NCBI GenBank assembly: GCA_002633005.1
Contig: NMRA01000013.1
Location: forward strand, 734,995 to 798,994
Direction of reading: 5' to 3'
From: Phoronis australis
Taxonomy: Eukaryota; Animalia; Phoronida
DNA: 64,000 nucleotides
Position numbers and translations under genes: made by a program. Below are positions 25,764-63,300 of this stretch, piece by piece. The notes under the pieces were generated by a model, which worked only from the letters and a program-made list of their open reading frames with translations, was not told where the DNA came from and did no database searches. Each line of letters opens with the position of its first letter. The stretch's first letter is position 1.

Positions 25764-28700
25764 ATGAATAGACTATGGCATCCACGTACAAAACATGAGT
25801 GCGTGTTAATTTTAGTTTTGTCTCTCTGCGCAACAGGTGTCAAAAACGAGAAGAAAACGCCACGTTGCGTCAAAATAGACGACTGTAGCTGCCGCTGGGA
25901 AAGTAACGGAACTGTTGTTAATTTGCACCCCCTCACTCAAACAAGTGATGAGCCGAGGTGAGAATTCCTACCTGTACTTGTTTTGTATAACTCTGGTATA
26001 GGTCTGGCAGTTTTTGACGGCTATTATAGCTTGGTTGCGTATCTGAAATGAAATATTATTTTTCAAACCATGTTGAGAAACAATGACCCTTCGTGCTCAG
26101 GAAAAATAGAATATCAGAGACGTAGGAAGAGAAGTGAACGAAATGCACAGAGGATTTTGAATGGAAATATTCTCTTGCAGTTTCTTTCCGCATGCACACA
26201 GCTGAAGTATAAAGTTGAATGCACCAAGATTGAGAAACACAACGCCTTACACATGTACTTCGCTTTGTGTACTTTCAGGTATAAAAATTACATGGGCCTT
26301 TCCGGTGAATATTCGTACTCGTATAGTCCCTGTTCTAGTTTTACTCAAACAGCTCCAGGAGCAATTGTTGACGCATGTCACCATGTGGTGGTAAGCCATC
26401 TTTCCAGTGGATTCTAAGTGTTGGTCAGGATTGGTAACTCGTCCTTGGGTTACGTTGCACACGTAGCGGGATTTTCCGTAGATGAGATGAGCCCACCCGA
26501 TGAAACGCCCATGCGCGTTTACTCGGAAAATTATGCCATGGTGTTACAACTTTTGGTGTCAAGTGTGCAATGGGGCGTTTATTCGAAAGATGTCATCTTA
26601 AAAGTCCAACTTTTAACAACAAATTCAGTTTTGTGGAGGATTTATCATTTGTAAAAACGAATAGGGTTGGAGAACTATGTATTTATTAACTTGAAATTAA
26701 AAAAACCCATTCTTTTTTACAAAATATCGCTGATATTTTCGTATCAGCCGAGCCTATGACTTTCTGTTTACACGCCCCCTTTCCGTATAAACGCCCGGGC
26801 GCTTATTTGGTGTTACTGAAATTCGTGACAATTTTCGTTTTCCGAATATACGCCCATGCGCCTATCTACGGAAAATCCCCGGTATTATTTCGATGGGGAA
26901 TTGCTACTTAAGTTTAAAGGGACATTCTCGGCTAGAAAAAATTCATAGAAATTAACAGAATCAAACCCCGTGCTTCTGTGCCTGGTAGCCATCGAACACT
27001 ATAATGAGCTAAACCTCACGTGTTGAATAGCAAATTATATTATACGTTTTTAAATAGACCGGCCTTGATTTCAACCGAATGCCTGGAGAACCAGTGAGAG
27101 ACTGGCTATTTGGAATAAAATCACAAAACCACAAATGATTTTGTTGTTTCAAAGTTCTGGTCAAAGCCAACTTCAAGATTCAACTACAATCCAAAAATTT
27201 GGTTCCTTTGCCAGCAACATCGATAATGTCCCTTTGAAGATGTTTTTTGGAAACTACTTTCCTGCGCAAGCTAAACGACTTCACTGACCCTTTAACCTCT
27301 CGAAACATGCTGTTTGGAAACCATCTACCGTCAGGCATCTTCAAAGACAACTAAAATTCGTGATCAATATTAGACCTACTTATATTCTGTGTGTCACTGA
27401 AGGCAGATGGAAGCCACATGCAACGCCATGTATGAAACTTCCATTGTTTTGGTCCAACCAAATAACATTCTTCAATAATGTTACCCTTTGTTAAACAAAA
27501 CACGATTTCCTATAACTTGTTATTCGTGTAAAAGTATATTAAGCAATTTCACGATTGGTGTTCTACGTACGCGCGACCGGAAGTGACACTCAACATTTTG
27601 ATTGCATTGAAAGGCAGATGCAGACAGCTCTGTCTCGTGTACAAAACATGAACATATTGTGAATGTGAACACTATAGTGTAACAAAGACTTCACAATCTC
27701 ATAAAGTCCAATAAAAGTGTCTCCAAAGTGAAGTTTGAATCTTATACGACTGTTACAAATGCTGTCAGCAGTTTTTACACCAGAATCCCTATTCGTATGC
27801 TATTAGTTTGAACTAAGAAATACTGCCGAAATCTTCCAAAAGTTGATACTGATCATGTTTTATAAATCCAAACTGTCTGGAGGTTACTTTATTTTCCTGC
27901 TAACTTTCAACTTTCCGCTTGCACGAAGTAAAAGTTGAAGATAAGCCATGAATGTTGAGACCAGACTAAAAATCAAGCATATGCAGAACAGAATTCAAAA
28001 TACTTAGCCAACCCAGCACACACTTATTTTTAAAGAAATGCGGGAAGAACGTTGCTCCAAAAATTATATTGAGTAACACCTGAATATTTCATAACGTGTA
28101 TTATTCATTTTCAGTCGTGCCAGACAACGCCATTGGTTGATGACAAGTATTTCTTTGATGCTGGTATCCAGAGTGATGTGACCTTTTCCACCGAAGTTTT
28201 GACTCCAGGTGGTAGCGACTATATACTCACGATGAAGTACTATTCCAAGAACAAAAAAGTGTATGCAACGCTCTTATTGGTGTCGGGATACAGTTCTTAA
28301 AAAAGTCGCCCGCTCTTATGGGAGGGTGTCCAATAAAGGAAATCTCCGCAGTAGACAGCGTCAACTGAAAATAACTAGCAAACCGAATATCTACACAGCA
28401 GCTAGAAACTAATAGTTAATAGAGTTCAACAGCTGTCTCGCGGCGAGAAAATTTTTGCCAAAATCAAGTGCTCTCATTAAAAATGCACGGGGATATCTCG
28501 CGAGATCTTCCTTTTCTAGCGAGGTACTAGGGGTTTCTTAACTCGAACCTGGTTCCTAGATTATAATTTATTTCAGTGCACTCTCATATGCCCACAACTT
28601 GAGAGCACGCGGGTAAGAGCTGCAATCGGCCCTGACTGTCTGCGATGTAATTCTGCAAAACGGCACGTTACGCCTCATACGGTATTGTTCTTATAAGAAC

Positions 28701-31700
28701 TTCTTCCCCGGCAGGACTCGAACTTGCAACCTTCTGACCCGAAGTCAGACGCCTTATCCATTAGGCGACGAGGTCTCTAGAGTCTCGCTGGTTCCCTGCG
28801 TGCTTAGCCCAGCCAGCACGCAGGTATCACCTAGTGGCACGTGCTTTAGCATTGGTCGATGTAATCTTGGCAGTCATTGGTTAGCTTTACAACACCGTGA
28901 AAAAATGGCGGAATGTGAACGATTTTTAGCCTTGTCGTTTCTGAAGTGATGTTTAATAGCCGCGTGCTTGAAGCACATACATGCACAATAAACACATATT
29001 ATGTGGCCGATTTAACCGGTGTGTTATTCATACTGTATAAGGACACTATCGTAAACAAAAGTCATCGACAGTAGAAAGATGTATTCCGAAAAGGCTNGTA
29101 GCCGCGCCAGCACGCGTGCTGGCTGGGCTAAGCACGCAGGGAACCAGCGAGTCTCTAGAGTTTGTTGAATGTTTCTCAAGAGACTTGAGGGAATACACTT
29201 ACGCTTCTAGAATTAAAGCTTTTTTCATCCTACTAACAATTGAATTTGCTTACATTTTCCAAAAAAAGCGGTGCCGTTTCCTAACTCTAGTTTGAATTTT
29301 AAACCAACGCGAATAATTAAGATTTTGAGCTACTTTTTAAAATACTTAAAAGTAACTTTCTAAATCCGCTGAGGTGTTACTCGGATCCAGGACGTTGCAA
29401 GATGACCTAAACAAAATTCAAAATTTTTCTTGGGTTTTGGCTCCGTTGCAAGAAAAAAATATTGAGTATCCTTTTAATTTTTTGGTCAATTCGACTCTAA
29501 AATTTTTGTCTCTTAATGATGAAGACATGATAGAGTCTCCTTTTCGGTAGTTTTATAGTGAAGAAAACTCAAAGATATCACTGCGCGTAAGAGAAGGTAC
29601 AAATACTATAGAATAAATCTCTTATTTCAGTGCAACGTTGGTATACCTGCTATGTACCGAACAAGATAACTTTACGGCAATGGGTGTCAAACCTCCCGAC
29701 AGCACAACACAGGAAGAAGAAACAATTGTAAGAAAATCATAACTTAATTTGTTTTAAAAGCTTCGAGCAATGTCTTCCCCCAGTAAGAAGACTAAACGTA
29801 AATACTATATTTTAAGATTTTCTCGTGTTATTGCCGCATATTAATACTTTAATGAGTACTTATATTTTTACATCTATTTAAAGAACCTCGCAAAGTTAAC
29901 GGTGTCAAGACGAAATCGTTAATTCCAAACTGGAATTAATTAAGCTAGCGGCGACGAATATTACTGTTGAATTTTTGAAGTCCATTCAGTGATTTCTTTT
30001 ATTGTGATTAATGAAGAAAGAAATATAACTGGCTGTATTAAAAATCAAAACATTGGGTTCCACTCTAAAACATAAACTACAAAGCAATGTTTTTCAAAAA
30101 TGGCATTTCGTCCTGTTTAGCAGGCTAAAAACTGAAATGGAATTAATCCCTTTTACTCTCATAAAAATTCATATCGTGATATTTCTCGAGTTCCGTTATC
30201 AACAACAAAATAGTAAGAATCAGGCGCTTACGACAACACTGTCGAGTTTATTGGCTTGAACAAAAATGATGTTGAAGTAGGCCTACTTTATTTCACAAAC
30301 CAAATTTGAGAAATTTGTAAAATTGTTTTTGTATTTTAGGCTTACATTTTATATTCGCCACGTGCATGTCCGTATCAGGAGCATTCGTTAGGACTGACCA
30401 CAATCCTGTGTGTTTCGTAAGTATACGTAATTTCGCGAGCATTGGAAAACTTAATGCTCTATGCTCAAATACGAAGTTTTTGTACCGCAAACAGTTGGAT
30501 CCTTTTCTGTAGGATCTCAAAAACGGGACAAATGCTGAGTGAGAACCAGTTAAACGAGTCGGAAAATATTCGCGAACGGAGTCGCCATAGAGGCGTGTTT
30601 TTGGCTACCAAATTTAACTGTTTCCGGTGCTCGGCCCAACCCGTAACTGTGGTATGGCGCCTGCATGTACTTTTTGTATGAAAGTCTTAAAATGAGACAG
30701 AACTTGGGGGTTCTGTGAAGAAATGGAGGAAATTACCAACTCCCCAAAAAATATCCTTTAAAAGAAAAAGTAAATGGTAACTTGAAAGGGAATGTTGAAG
30801 TCGTTTTTGGTCAATTTGGCTTTTTTCACTTACTCTAAAATGTATTTTGTACGGTGGTTCGAAAACATCATCACCATTTCAGTTCAAATTTGCACCTAGG
30901 TGGAAATATTATCAACCTGTGTTGAAATTATTTACATCCAGGTTGAAAATATTTGCACCTGGGTTGAAATAATTCCCACTGGGGTTGAAGGTATATACAC
31001 CTATGTTGAAGTTATTACCACCTGGGAGGAAATTATTTCCATCTAAGTGAATTCATTCTCAACTAGGTGTCAAATATTTCCACCTAGGTGAAAACGGGGA
31101 GAAAATAATTAACGATTCTTTCAGGCCACCGTTATTTTAAATTCTTTTAGTCGAAATTTGCAAAACTGATAATTCTCATACCGAAAGCATGTCGTTGTGA
31201 ACATATCGCACAATGCAAACCCGTGCTGAATCGTTGTTGCATTAGATATATTACCTGTTGCTGATATCTGGAACTGAAAAGTTATGGCTGTCTTTGCCAT
31301 TAAGCACAGACTGTACAATTATCTAAACTGAAAAGCCAGTGAACAATTTATTTGGACAGTTTGACGTTTTCAGTCACTGCGCCACTCTGCGGTGGAAGGA
31401 ACATTACTGCTCTCATTTTAATCAAAGTCAAATTTCAGTACTTAGGCCTCCAGCCTATACAAGTGTGAAAGTAACAAATACAAGCGCGTAATTAACAAAG
31501 TGGTTGACATAATACAGACTATTAGATTAACTATGCACAATGGTGGATGAAACGAGCTAAGTACCAAACGTTGCAAGACTTCATCAAATAAATGAAGTGA
31601 TCACTATCGAAGTTATTATTATTGCGAATAATACCAAACTTTCTCCTAAAATCTTCATATACTTGAAGCTCTAAAAGAACGTGTTGTGTACCCTCAATAG

Positions 31701-32393
31701 TGTCAGAACAAAGAGAGCAGAAAGCCGCTGATCTCCAGCTATACCCAAGTGTCTGCCAGTTTCGTATCGATTTCAGTTGATGATGGGAGCATCTAAAACG
31801 TACGAGAGTTGTGATTAAATGTTTTTTGTCTAGACATCCTGCATATTCTTCTAGAATGGGTCTATTTTTAAATAATTTATAAGAATCTAATTTACTAAGC
31901 CATGATATTTCGTCCAGCCATTACTGTTCGTTTATGTCTTTTCACATTTGTTTGAATTCGTGCACAACTGCTTGACTGACCCAAACAATACCAAACCTAG
32001 TCATGAAAAGTTTTTTTTTAACGCGGAGACCTCAGCTTTCACGATGTCTTTCCACAAAGTCATGCTGGACCTTATAACATGAGTAGGTATGTCTATTCTG
32101 AGGTAATTTTAACAACTTCAACCAATATTTAATAATCCTAACAAACCTCCTTGACACCATCATCTGAAAAGATTCAAACTGTGTTTTATAATCAGTAAAA
32201 TGTGCCAAATTGACCAAACTGTCTTCAAAAAGGTAATCTTTACCTTAAAGATTCGTATCCACCTATGCGTTGATTTTCTTTTAGGATCGCCGGCTTCTTC
32301 GTCCTGTGTTCAACAGTAGTAATAGTCGTCGTGATTCTGAAGTACAAGAGGAGAGGGCGCGCACCCGACGTCATACCGATAGTTAAATCATAG
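25764..32393 (+). CDS. MRH-domain (cation-dependent M6P-receptor/ATG27-like) type I membrane protein; exons 25764-25957, 26279-26390, 28115-28260, 29631-29727, one or more unresolved, 32285-32393
   Basis: A hydrophobic N-terminus is followed by C-x4-C-x-C...VNLHPL, YSYSYSPC, AC...SCQ and TLVYLLC, a pattern typical of invertebrate M6PR-like proteins. Phases 2/0/2 are consistent across exons 1-4. The last exon encodes a TM segment IAGFFVLCSTVVIVVVIL plus a KYKRR tail, followed by AATAAA at about 32475. A phase 0-to-2 bridging exon was not confidently located. Confidence 0.65.
26464..26884. mobile_element. Tc1/mariner-type MITE (TA-flanked)
   Basis: ta-gcgggattttccgtagat ... atctacggaaaatccccgg-ta, with internal repeated acgcccatgcgc motifs. 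Confidence 0.65.
26914..27238. mobile_element. MITE with AAAGGGACATT TIRs (TTAA-type, Kolobok-like)
   Basis: ttaaagggacattctcg ... cgataatgtccctttgaa. Confidence 0.5.
28703..28775 (-). pseudogene. tRNA-Arg(TCG) pseudogene, inverted copy in intron 3 of the MRH-like gene
   Basis: The reverse complement GACCTCGTcGCCTAATGGATAAGGCGTCTGACTTCGGgTCAGAAGgTTGCAaGTTCGAGTCCTGCCGGGGaag has an A-box change, a T-stem mismatch and a broken acceptor 3' strand. Confidence 0.85.
28775..29160. mobile_element. Young MITE with about 40-47 bp near-perfect TIRs, inserted at the 5' boundary of the tRNA pseudogene
   Basis: ctctagagtctcgctggttccctgcgtgcttagcccagccagcacgc ... gcgtgctggctgggctaagcacgcagggaaccagcgagtctctagag; ctctagag (or its ctag core) is duplicated on both sides. 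Confidence 0.85.
30885..31093. repeat. Degenerate 21-bp tandem array (about 10 units) with a palindromic CACCTAGGTG-like core
   Basis: Units such as tgcacctaggtggaaatatta, tcaacctgtgttgaaattatt, tacatccaggttgaaaatatt and tgcacctgggttgaaataatt. Confidence 0.8.
31590..32220 (-). mobile_element. Degenerate LINE (L2/Crack/CR1-group) ORF2 3' fragment
   Basis: Minus-strand peptides IIKYWLKLLKLPQNR, KLDSYKLFK...LEEY, LVRFRCSHHQL and FCSLCSDTIE..QHVLLE match the post-RT C-terminus of these LINEs. Confidence 0.7.
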
Positions 32394-33624
32394 TCACTTC
32401 ACATTGATTTTCGTTGTATCATTGTACAAAAATGTCAATTTTGATTATGAAAGCACGAATTTGCAAAAACCAATAATAAATACTAAACTTCATTGTTGAT
32501 TTCATCCCTAGGGTCACTTCACGGTTACTGAACAAAAGTTTAATCTAATCCAAGTTTCACTCCCAGTGGTCGAACATGCAGACAGACAACAGTACCACTC
32601 AGAAACTTGATGACGGAGTTCAAACTTGATCGACAAAGCCAGTTTCTCAGTACGGGACAGTAAAATACGCGACTTTCAACTGAGAGATGGAGATTGGCGC
32701 AAACAGAAAACAAAGTAATGCATAATTTTGAAGCACGCCTTTTACAGTGTTGAAAAAACGATGATTTTCTATCCTGACTAGGCAACCGGCATAGGATACA
32801 AAGATCGTTCTTGTTCAACTGGTCGGGAAGAGTTTTGCTAGTCTCAGAGATGAGAGTGTATGCATATAGGCCTACTGTCACAAACGTAACAATGAAATTA
32901 CGCCATTGTCACAAACGGGCGTTCAAAAATTTGCACTTTATCGTTACATGTGTAAAAATTAGCCGATGACTTACTTTTCTAAATCGGAATGACACCTTCT
33001 TTGTATGTATTGCTTAAGCATCTTTTGAGTTAATAGAGTTATTGGTCTAATTTTTTTTCACAACCTACTCAAGAACTTAATTTTGATCTTACGATTAAAG
33101 GATTCACGTAAGGAACTCCAAACGCCAGAACTAATGAGGGTCTTTTCGCTTCAAATTGCACGGAACCATGTGTGACTATTTCATTAGTTCAATTACGTTT
33201 TGTTTGGAGGTGGCAAATCTGATTGCATGTCTTAACCTTTTTTGTTTTGCTGGCATACTGGGAGGCCTCCACCCAGTCCAGTGGCTAATATGGGGGGAGG
33301 GGCAAGGGGGCCACGCCCCCCTAAAATTCAGGACCAAGACACTGCTCTCGGGCGAGTGAAGTCACCCTTCTGACTGCCATGACCTGAATATCCCTACATG
33401 ACTCAGATGTCTACTTGGTGCGGAACTGACCAACCAATATTGAAGAATGAATTTCTGTCAGAAAGCAATGACACGAATGTAACCCACGGCTTAATTAATC
33501 TGCTTCTCTATGGCTACTGGTAACAACGGGCAGGCTGGTTCATTTGACAATGTTTACTCGATCCCACCCAGTTGTCCCGGCGATAGTGCCTCATAAGGAC
33601 AAAAGAGGGCACAAGTTCGATACA

Positions 33625-33700
33625 TAACATCATGACGTCATGGAAATGGTCAGCGACGTATTGCACAAGTACGCCGATTGCACGACTTCCGGGCTAATTT
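33625..33700 (+). promoter_or_regulatory. Probable MAPKAPK2 proximal promoter
   Basis: A perfect CRE/ATF site TGACGTCA at 33633-33640 and an ETS-like ACTTCCGG at about 33685 lie just upstream of the first coding exon. Confidence 0.4.
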
Positions 33701-33765
33701 TAGTGACTTGTTCACCTGATAAAAAACGTTATCTCCAGCGTGGTTACGTAGTTTACCGACACACT

Positions 33766-57956
<24,191 letters not shown>

Positions 57957-60350
57957 TCCGTGGTCATCGCGTGATGACTTCGGCGAATGCTACCGACAGG
58001 CGTGTTTTGATTATGCCTGGTTGCTAACGTATAGGTTTCCACTTTGAATTGGTGCGAAAGGGTTTGTTAGTCTGAATAGGAAGCAGTGGTGTTTGGTCAT
58101 GAGGTAGTTCTCACTGTTCATAAACACAAAAAAACTTGGGTTTGAGTTCGTGGTCACCAGGGCGCGGTGGCATAAAACTTGTACACTTGATAACATCAAC
58201 ATTGCATTATCATGCCACACGTTGCCATTTTTAAGAAGTACACTTGACTTCATGCGACACTTATCTTGTGGATAAGTTTTTAAAGTTTTACACAACCCAG
58301 CTCAGGTTCAGAGATATCCGGTGGAGTTTAACCAGTTGTTCTCTCGTAATGTATAATGTTATATAATTGTGTTGAGAACAGCTCGATTTAACTCTTCATA
58401 AAGTTTTCTCTTCAGGTGAATTTACAAATCGACTGGGAGATTTCTAGTCTTGGTGTTGTGCTGGGTATTGTTTTTATCACCATTTGTTCATGTCAACTCT
58501 TTTATGTTGAATTGCAAATAATATTTGTCAAAGATCATAAGATCGGTTCAAACACTGTGTTTTCTGAGTCGTGTTGTTAAGCCAATGTTGTTCGTCAAGG
58601 TTATGGTTAGTGTTGTAGATAACATTTTGTGAAGACTTCTGTTTGTTCATGTTATGTCCACCAGTCTCCGGCTCAGTCAGGAGTTCGGGAACAAGGGTAC
58701 AATCTTTTCACTTGAGATCAAACTTATTTTTGGCATTTTCTATTCTACTTGAATTCATTTTGTGCACTCAGGATGAGTATCTGTTATTCTATAATTGAGT
58801 ACATAATGGCTGAGGTGGATAACTGTCTGATCCTAGCTTGCACTTAATGATCCCATCGTATAGGTCAAAAGTTCAAGTGGGAACTCGAAACTTTCAAGTT
58901 CTTACTCAAAATCTCAAGAAGATTGTATTCGAGTTTTTAGGTCAAATTTAGGGGTCAATAAATACGAACTTGGACAAGAAACACCTTTGCCTGAACAATA
59001 ATGTACTCGAGCACAGTATAATAGACACTTATCTCAAGTTCAAGCAAGAGTAGAATGGAAAATGCTAAGAATAATTTCGAGTTTGAATAGAAAGATTAGA
59101 TCCTGTCCCGACAATGTTCACCGAGCCAGATTTGTTTGGAGTTTAAATTATCGCTGCTCACTCAAGTGCACCAGCTCTCATGTTCTGAGTTAGTTAAAAT
59201 TATTATTTGTCGGTGTTAGAGATCATGTATGTAAGTGCCATCTGGTGGAAGCTAAGTATTGGAGACTCGTCTCTTCGATTGGAAGCAGCCAATAGTGACC
59301 TAGCTGATATGGGTATAAACTTCATTCATGGGCTATCAAAACTACCATTTTAGACAAATAATTTGTTCAAAATATTTTGTATTGAAGAGTCTAATCATCA
59401 GGTGGAAGGTGTTTGCTGTCAGTCACAAGTGACTTGTTGCCATCGCTTGGCGAATATCTCGCATTGGTTTCCTCTATTAAAGCAGGGCTTGGAATGACCA
59501 ATGACAAAAAAAGGAAAATTTTCCAGTTGTTGGATTGTTCTACAAACAAAGGCCTGTGTGAGAGAAACGTTTTTGTGTTGTAAAAATTTAATTGAAATAA
59601 CCGTTTTTGCATGAATAAAGTCAAATGAATGATAAGAGGAAATTATAACCAAAAAAGATGACATCCTCTTATAAGAGGAAAATTTCAAGCCCCGATTAAA
59701 GTTTGTTTGAATTATATTCTTAGTCAACCAAGTGCGTGAAACTAAAACCTATAAGGTATACTGTTTAGAGAAAATCGTGTAAATTTAAGGTTTAATGAGA
59801 GTTATAATGAAATTTAAACACTGTACGTGATTATGTTTTTGTTTTGGAGCTGACGTGGAGGCAGTTCTGCATTTCGTAGTCTAGTGTAGTTTTTAAATAG
59901 ATTTCGAGAGGAAGTCTGAAATGTTAACGTGGTTGTCTAAATGGTTGTTAATGTAATAGAACTGATGTGAAAGTATTTTTTTGCAAAATTAGTTTGGCTG
60001 TGGATTCTTTAGATGTGAGAACCTCCCAAAAATGAAAGCTTTTGCCATGTGTTACCAGTAAAGCACATGATCACACAAGTTGCCGTTGTAAGATTCTTGC
60101 ATCTACAGTACTCGGCCTGGGTCTTACACTGAAACCAGGTGATACAGTAATCAATATTGCTAATTATAAGATTATAATTATTCAAGCATTAGAAATCAGT
60201 TTTTGGTTTATAGAACAAAACCAATCTGTTAGTTATCCTTGTAGTAGATTATGAAATAAACTCTTCTCTTGTTGCAAGTGATACATAAGTTAACAAACTT
60301 GTATTTGTTTTCATATTTTATCAAAATAAATTGTTATTGTACATATTAAA
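57957..60350 (+). other. Probable long 3' UTR of MAPKAPK2
   Basis: GT/T-rich non-coding sequence after the stop codon, with AATAAA signals at about 59613, 60256 and 60325. Confidence 0.45.
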
Positions 60351-63300
60351 TGCATGCATTTTCCATTGTTGTTGGCACATCTGTGGGATTTCACAGTTGG
60401 TAAGATTCACTTGAACTCGAACAGAAAAACACGTCAAGTTGGCACAAAACCAAAGAATCAAAAGATTGGAAGAATGTTATGTCTTCCCAGAAACATCAAG
60501 ACACCGTCAGAAAATTGCTTATTTTCGAAACTGTTTAAAGATGCATGATGTAGCCATTTGCAAGCACTGGAACCACTTCTTGTTTGTCAGAATAAGGAAT
60601 ACATCGAGACCAGTTATATAGCATGCGCACACTCAGCATAAAAATGGAGGCTTAAATTTTTGAAAATGTGGACCTTTTACGAAGTTTCACGGGGTATGTT
60701 CAGAGCTATGAATTGTGCGTTTGCCAAATTTTAGTACTTCCTGATTTTTTAGTGGACTTTCATCTTGTGTTCTACTTTTTACGGAGTTTTTGTTTCACTT
60801 TTTGCCCACCTCGCCAAATGGGGGGAGCTCATTTGAGGTCCCCTGGGTGTGTGCATGTATAGTTAAACGTGGAATAAGTCAAAAGTTTTGACAGGTCGTC
60901 CTGTCAAACCCATCCCAAATAACCTTTTGGCCATCCAAAAGACAGCCAAGACGGTGGTTATATAAACCCCTGGGCCGAGCAAGGGACACGAGTTAATCCT
61001 TGTACCACAGATTTAAACGAATTCTTTTATTAAGTAGCAATAACATGCAATCATAAATAACTACAGATCTGTCCCAAGTTAATAACCTTCTGTATGTACA
61101 GTGCTTATGTACACTATTTACACAGCAGCTGATTTTATCTGGGTCATCTGAGCACTAAAACATAGATAGCCATCATAACACACGACAGAGCCACCGGCAA
61201 GTGTAACCTTGAGCCAATCACAGCACCTACAAAGAAAGGTTAAAGGTTAATGTTGGGCCACTTCACAAATTAGCATACTTTACATGCTTTAAAAGCATAA
61301 TTTTCATTATGAACACAATCAAACCACTCTTAAAAACTATATTCAGCAAGCATCATTATCAAAATCTCTGCTTGACAACCATTTTTGAACAGTTCTCCAA
61401 TAGCAGGGATCCTATCTCAAAGTGCTACACAGCTCAAGTTGGCGACCAACAGGTAATACACGAACCTCATAATTTGTTTGGCGACCAAGTAAAAATCTCT
61501 AGTCGCCACACACAAAGGAGTAGTCGAGTACATGCCTAAAATACTGTAGGAAGTACATAGTGGGGAGTCAGATAACGTATTCTGCATTTCTTAGGCAAGA
61601 GGCGAGCCTGCGCAGGATATTGGGAAAAATTGGTCATTACCAAGCACAGGATATACTCATAATTCCCATTCTCGCGTATCCCAGTAGGCATTTGGTAAGT
61701 TACCATTTCAGATAATCCAGATTTTCAGTCCTAACCGTCGCCAACCAACTACACATCACGTGTGGGAGTTGGGACTTATGCACCACACAAATGGGGTTTC
61801 CTCATTTTGGCAATCTCGGTTTCTGTTTGGCAACGTGAGAATGTTGCCATGTCGCATTAGGTGAGTCGACGTTACGCTAAGCGTTGAGCTCTGCACAGTG
61901 TATCTAGCAAGTATTGTGTACATTGTTTAAAAATGCAATGAAAAATTAATGGTCTGGTGAATTGCTGCCGATCAAAACCCGGGCAAATACTTGGATGTTT
62001 TAGACACGTTTTGTTGAAAATTTGGCAAGATGGGATGGGAAGAAACTTCAGTCGATTTTGAGTACTGAATGTAGCATTGCAGGGTCCAGTTTGTGACTTC
62101 AGATGGCCGACGGTGAGTTCAGCTGGAACCTAACTCGTCAAATACAACTTAAAATCTCAGTTGCTCAATGGCTTGACCTTGAAATTCCACCGATCATTGC
62201 TGCTTTCAAGGGTACTAGCATTTTCTTAAAGCATCCGATGCTACCTTATGGTGGAGAATTAATTCCCCACGCAAATGTATAATCGTCAAAGACTTTTCAA
62301 ATGCAGCTACCCGTGATTGAATTTCCAAAGAACGTGCTTGAATGAAGGACTGTTACCAAACTAACCAAAGTATGAGACAATTACGCGACGAACCTTTGTA
62401 GAAAATTCCCATGAAGCCTTTCTTTTCAGAGAGTAACCATTTCTTGAGTCTTGGTACTCTCTTGACATAAGCACATGTGCAGATCAAGAGTAAGCCAAAT
62501 ACAAACAGTCCGTCGAAGGAGTACGCTGCAATACAACAATGAGTAAAAATCATACAAGGATCAACTGTACTGTACGCATTCCATTAGTCTGCACAAACTG
62601 CCTCCTCCTGCAACTACAGGTTGGTAGATAACCTGTACACACAGTTTGTTTGCCCTACTGAGAGTTATCTGTGGAATTTAGAGAAGATATTTTAGTCAAA
62701 GACTCAAAATACAAAAATTTTTGAAAAGAAAGAACCACAGCAAAATCAGACCAACATGCCAGCATTATTTACTTGGTTGCATGCAAAAAACAACAACTAC
62801 CAGTCAAATTGTTCTTGTGACAATAAGTATGGCTTATTTACATGTCTATTATGACAAAATACTATAGTCTCAAATTAACAAACTCTTTAGTAGTTCGAGT
62901 TACAGTGTAAGGGAAGCGATCATTTAAGTACTGTAGTTCAGTTGAACCAATTTATTTTTTTCTATTATGAACTCTCTTGTATGGATAAAGATTCACATTT
63001 AAGTTGAAGCGTTTGTAGTGAATCATTTTCGTACAGCAACACATCCATATCCTGCAGATTACACTGGTTTCAATGGAATAACAAAGTGTTCGTTCTTTAG
63101 CCGTAAGTGGTCGAAGTCACAAGTTTGCTTCTTGCATGTAATGTGGGTTTTGAAAGGACTGAAAGCTCGTTAATGCATGATACAATGCTAAGCACATACC
63201 ATGACACATAGTGACATGACAACTTGTAGACACTGATGGCTGAATAAAGGAACAATCCATTCTTTCAAAACTCAAAGCCTATCATCAGAGTAAGGTAAGG

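Noticed and set aside
33640-33765. In-frame 42-aa N-terminal extension of MK2
   Set aside because: It overlaps promoter-type motifs (CRE, ETS) and has no similarity to MK2 N-termini; the ATG at 33766 is more plausible, though not proven.
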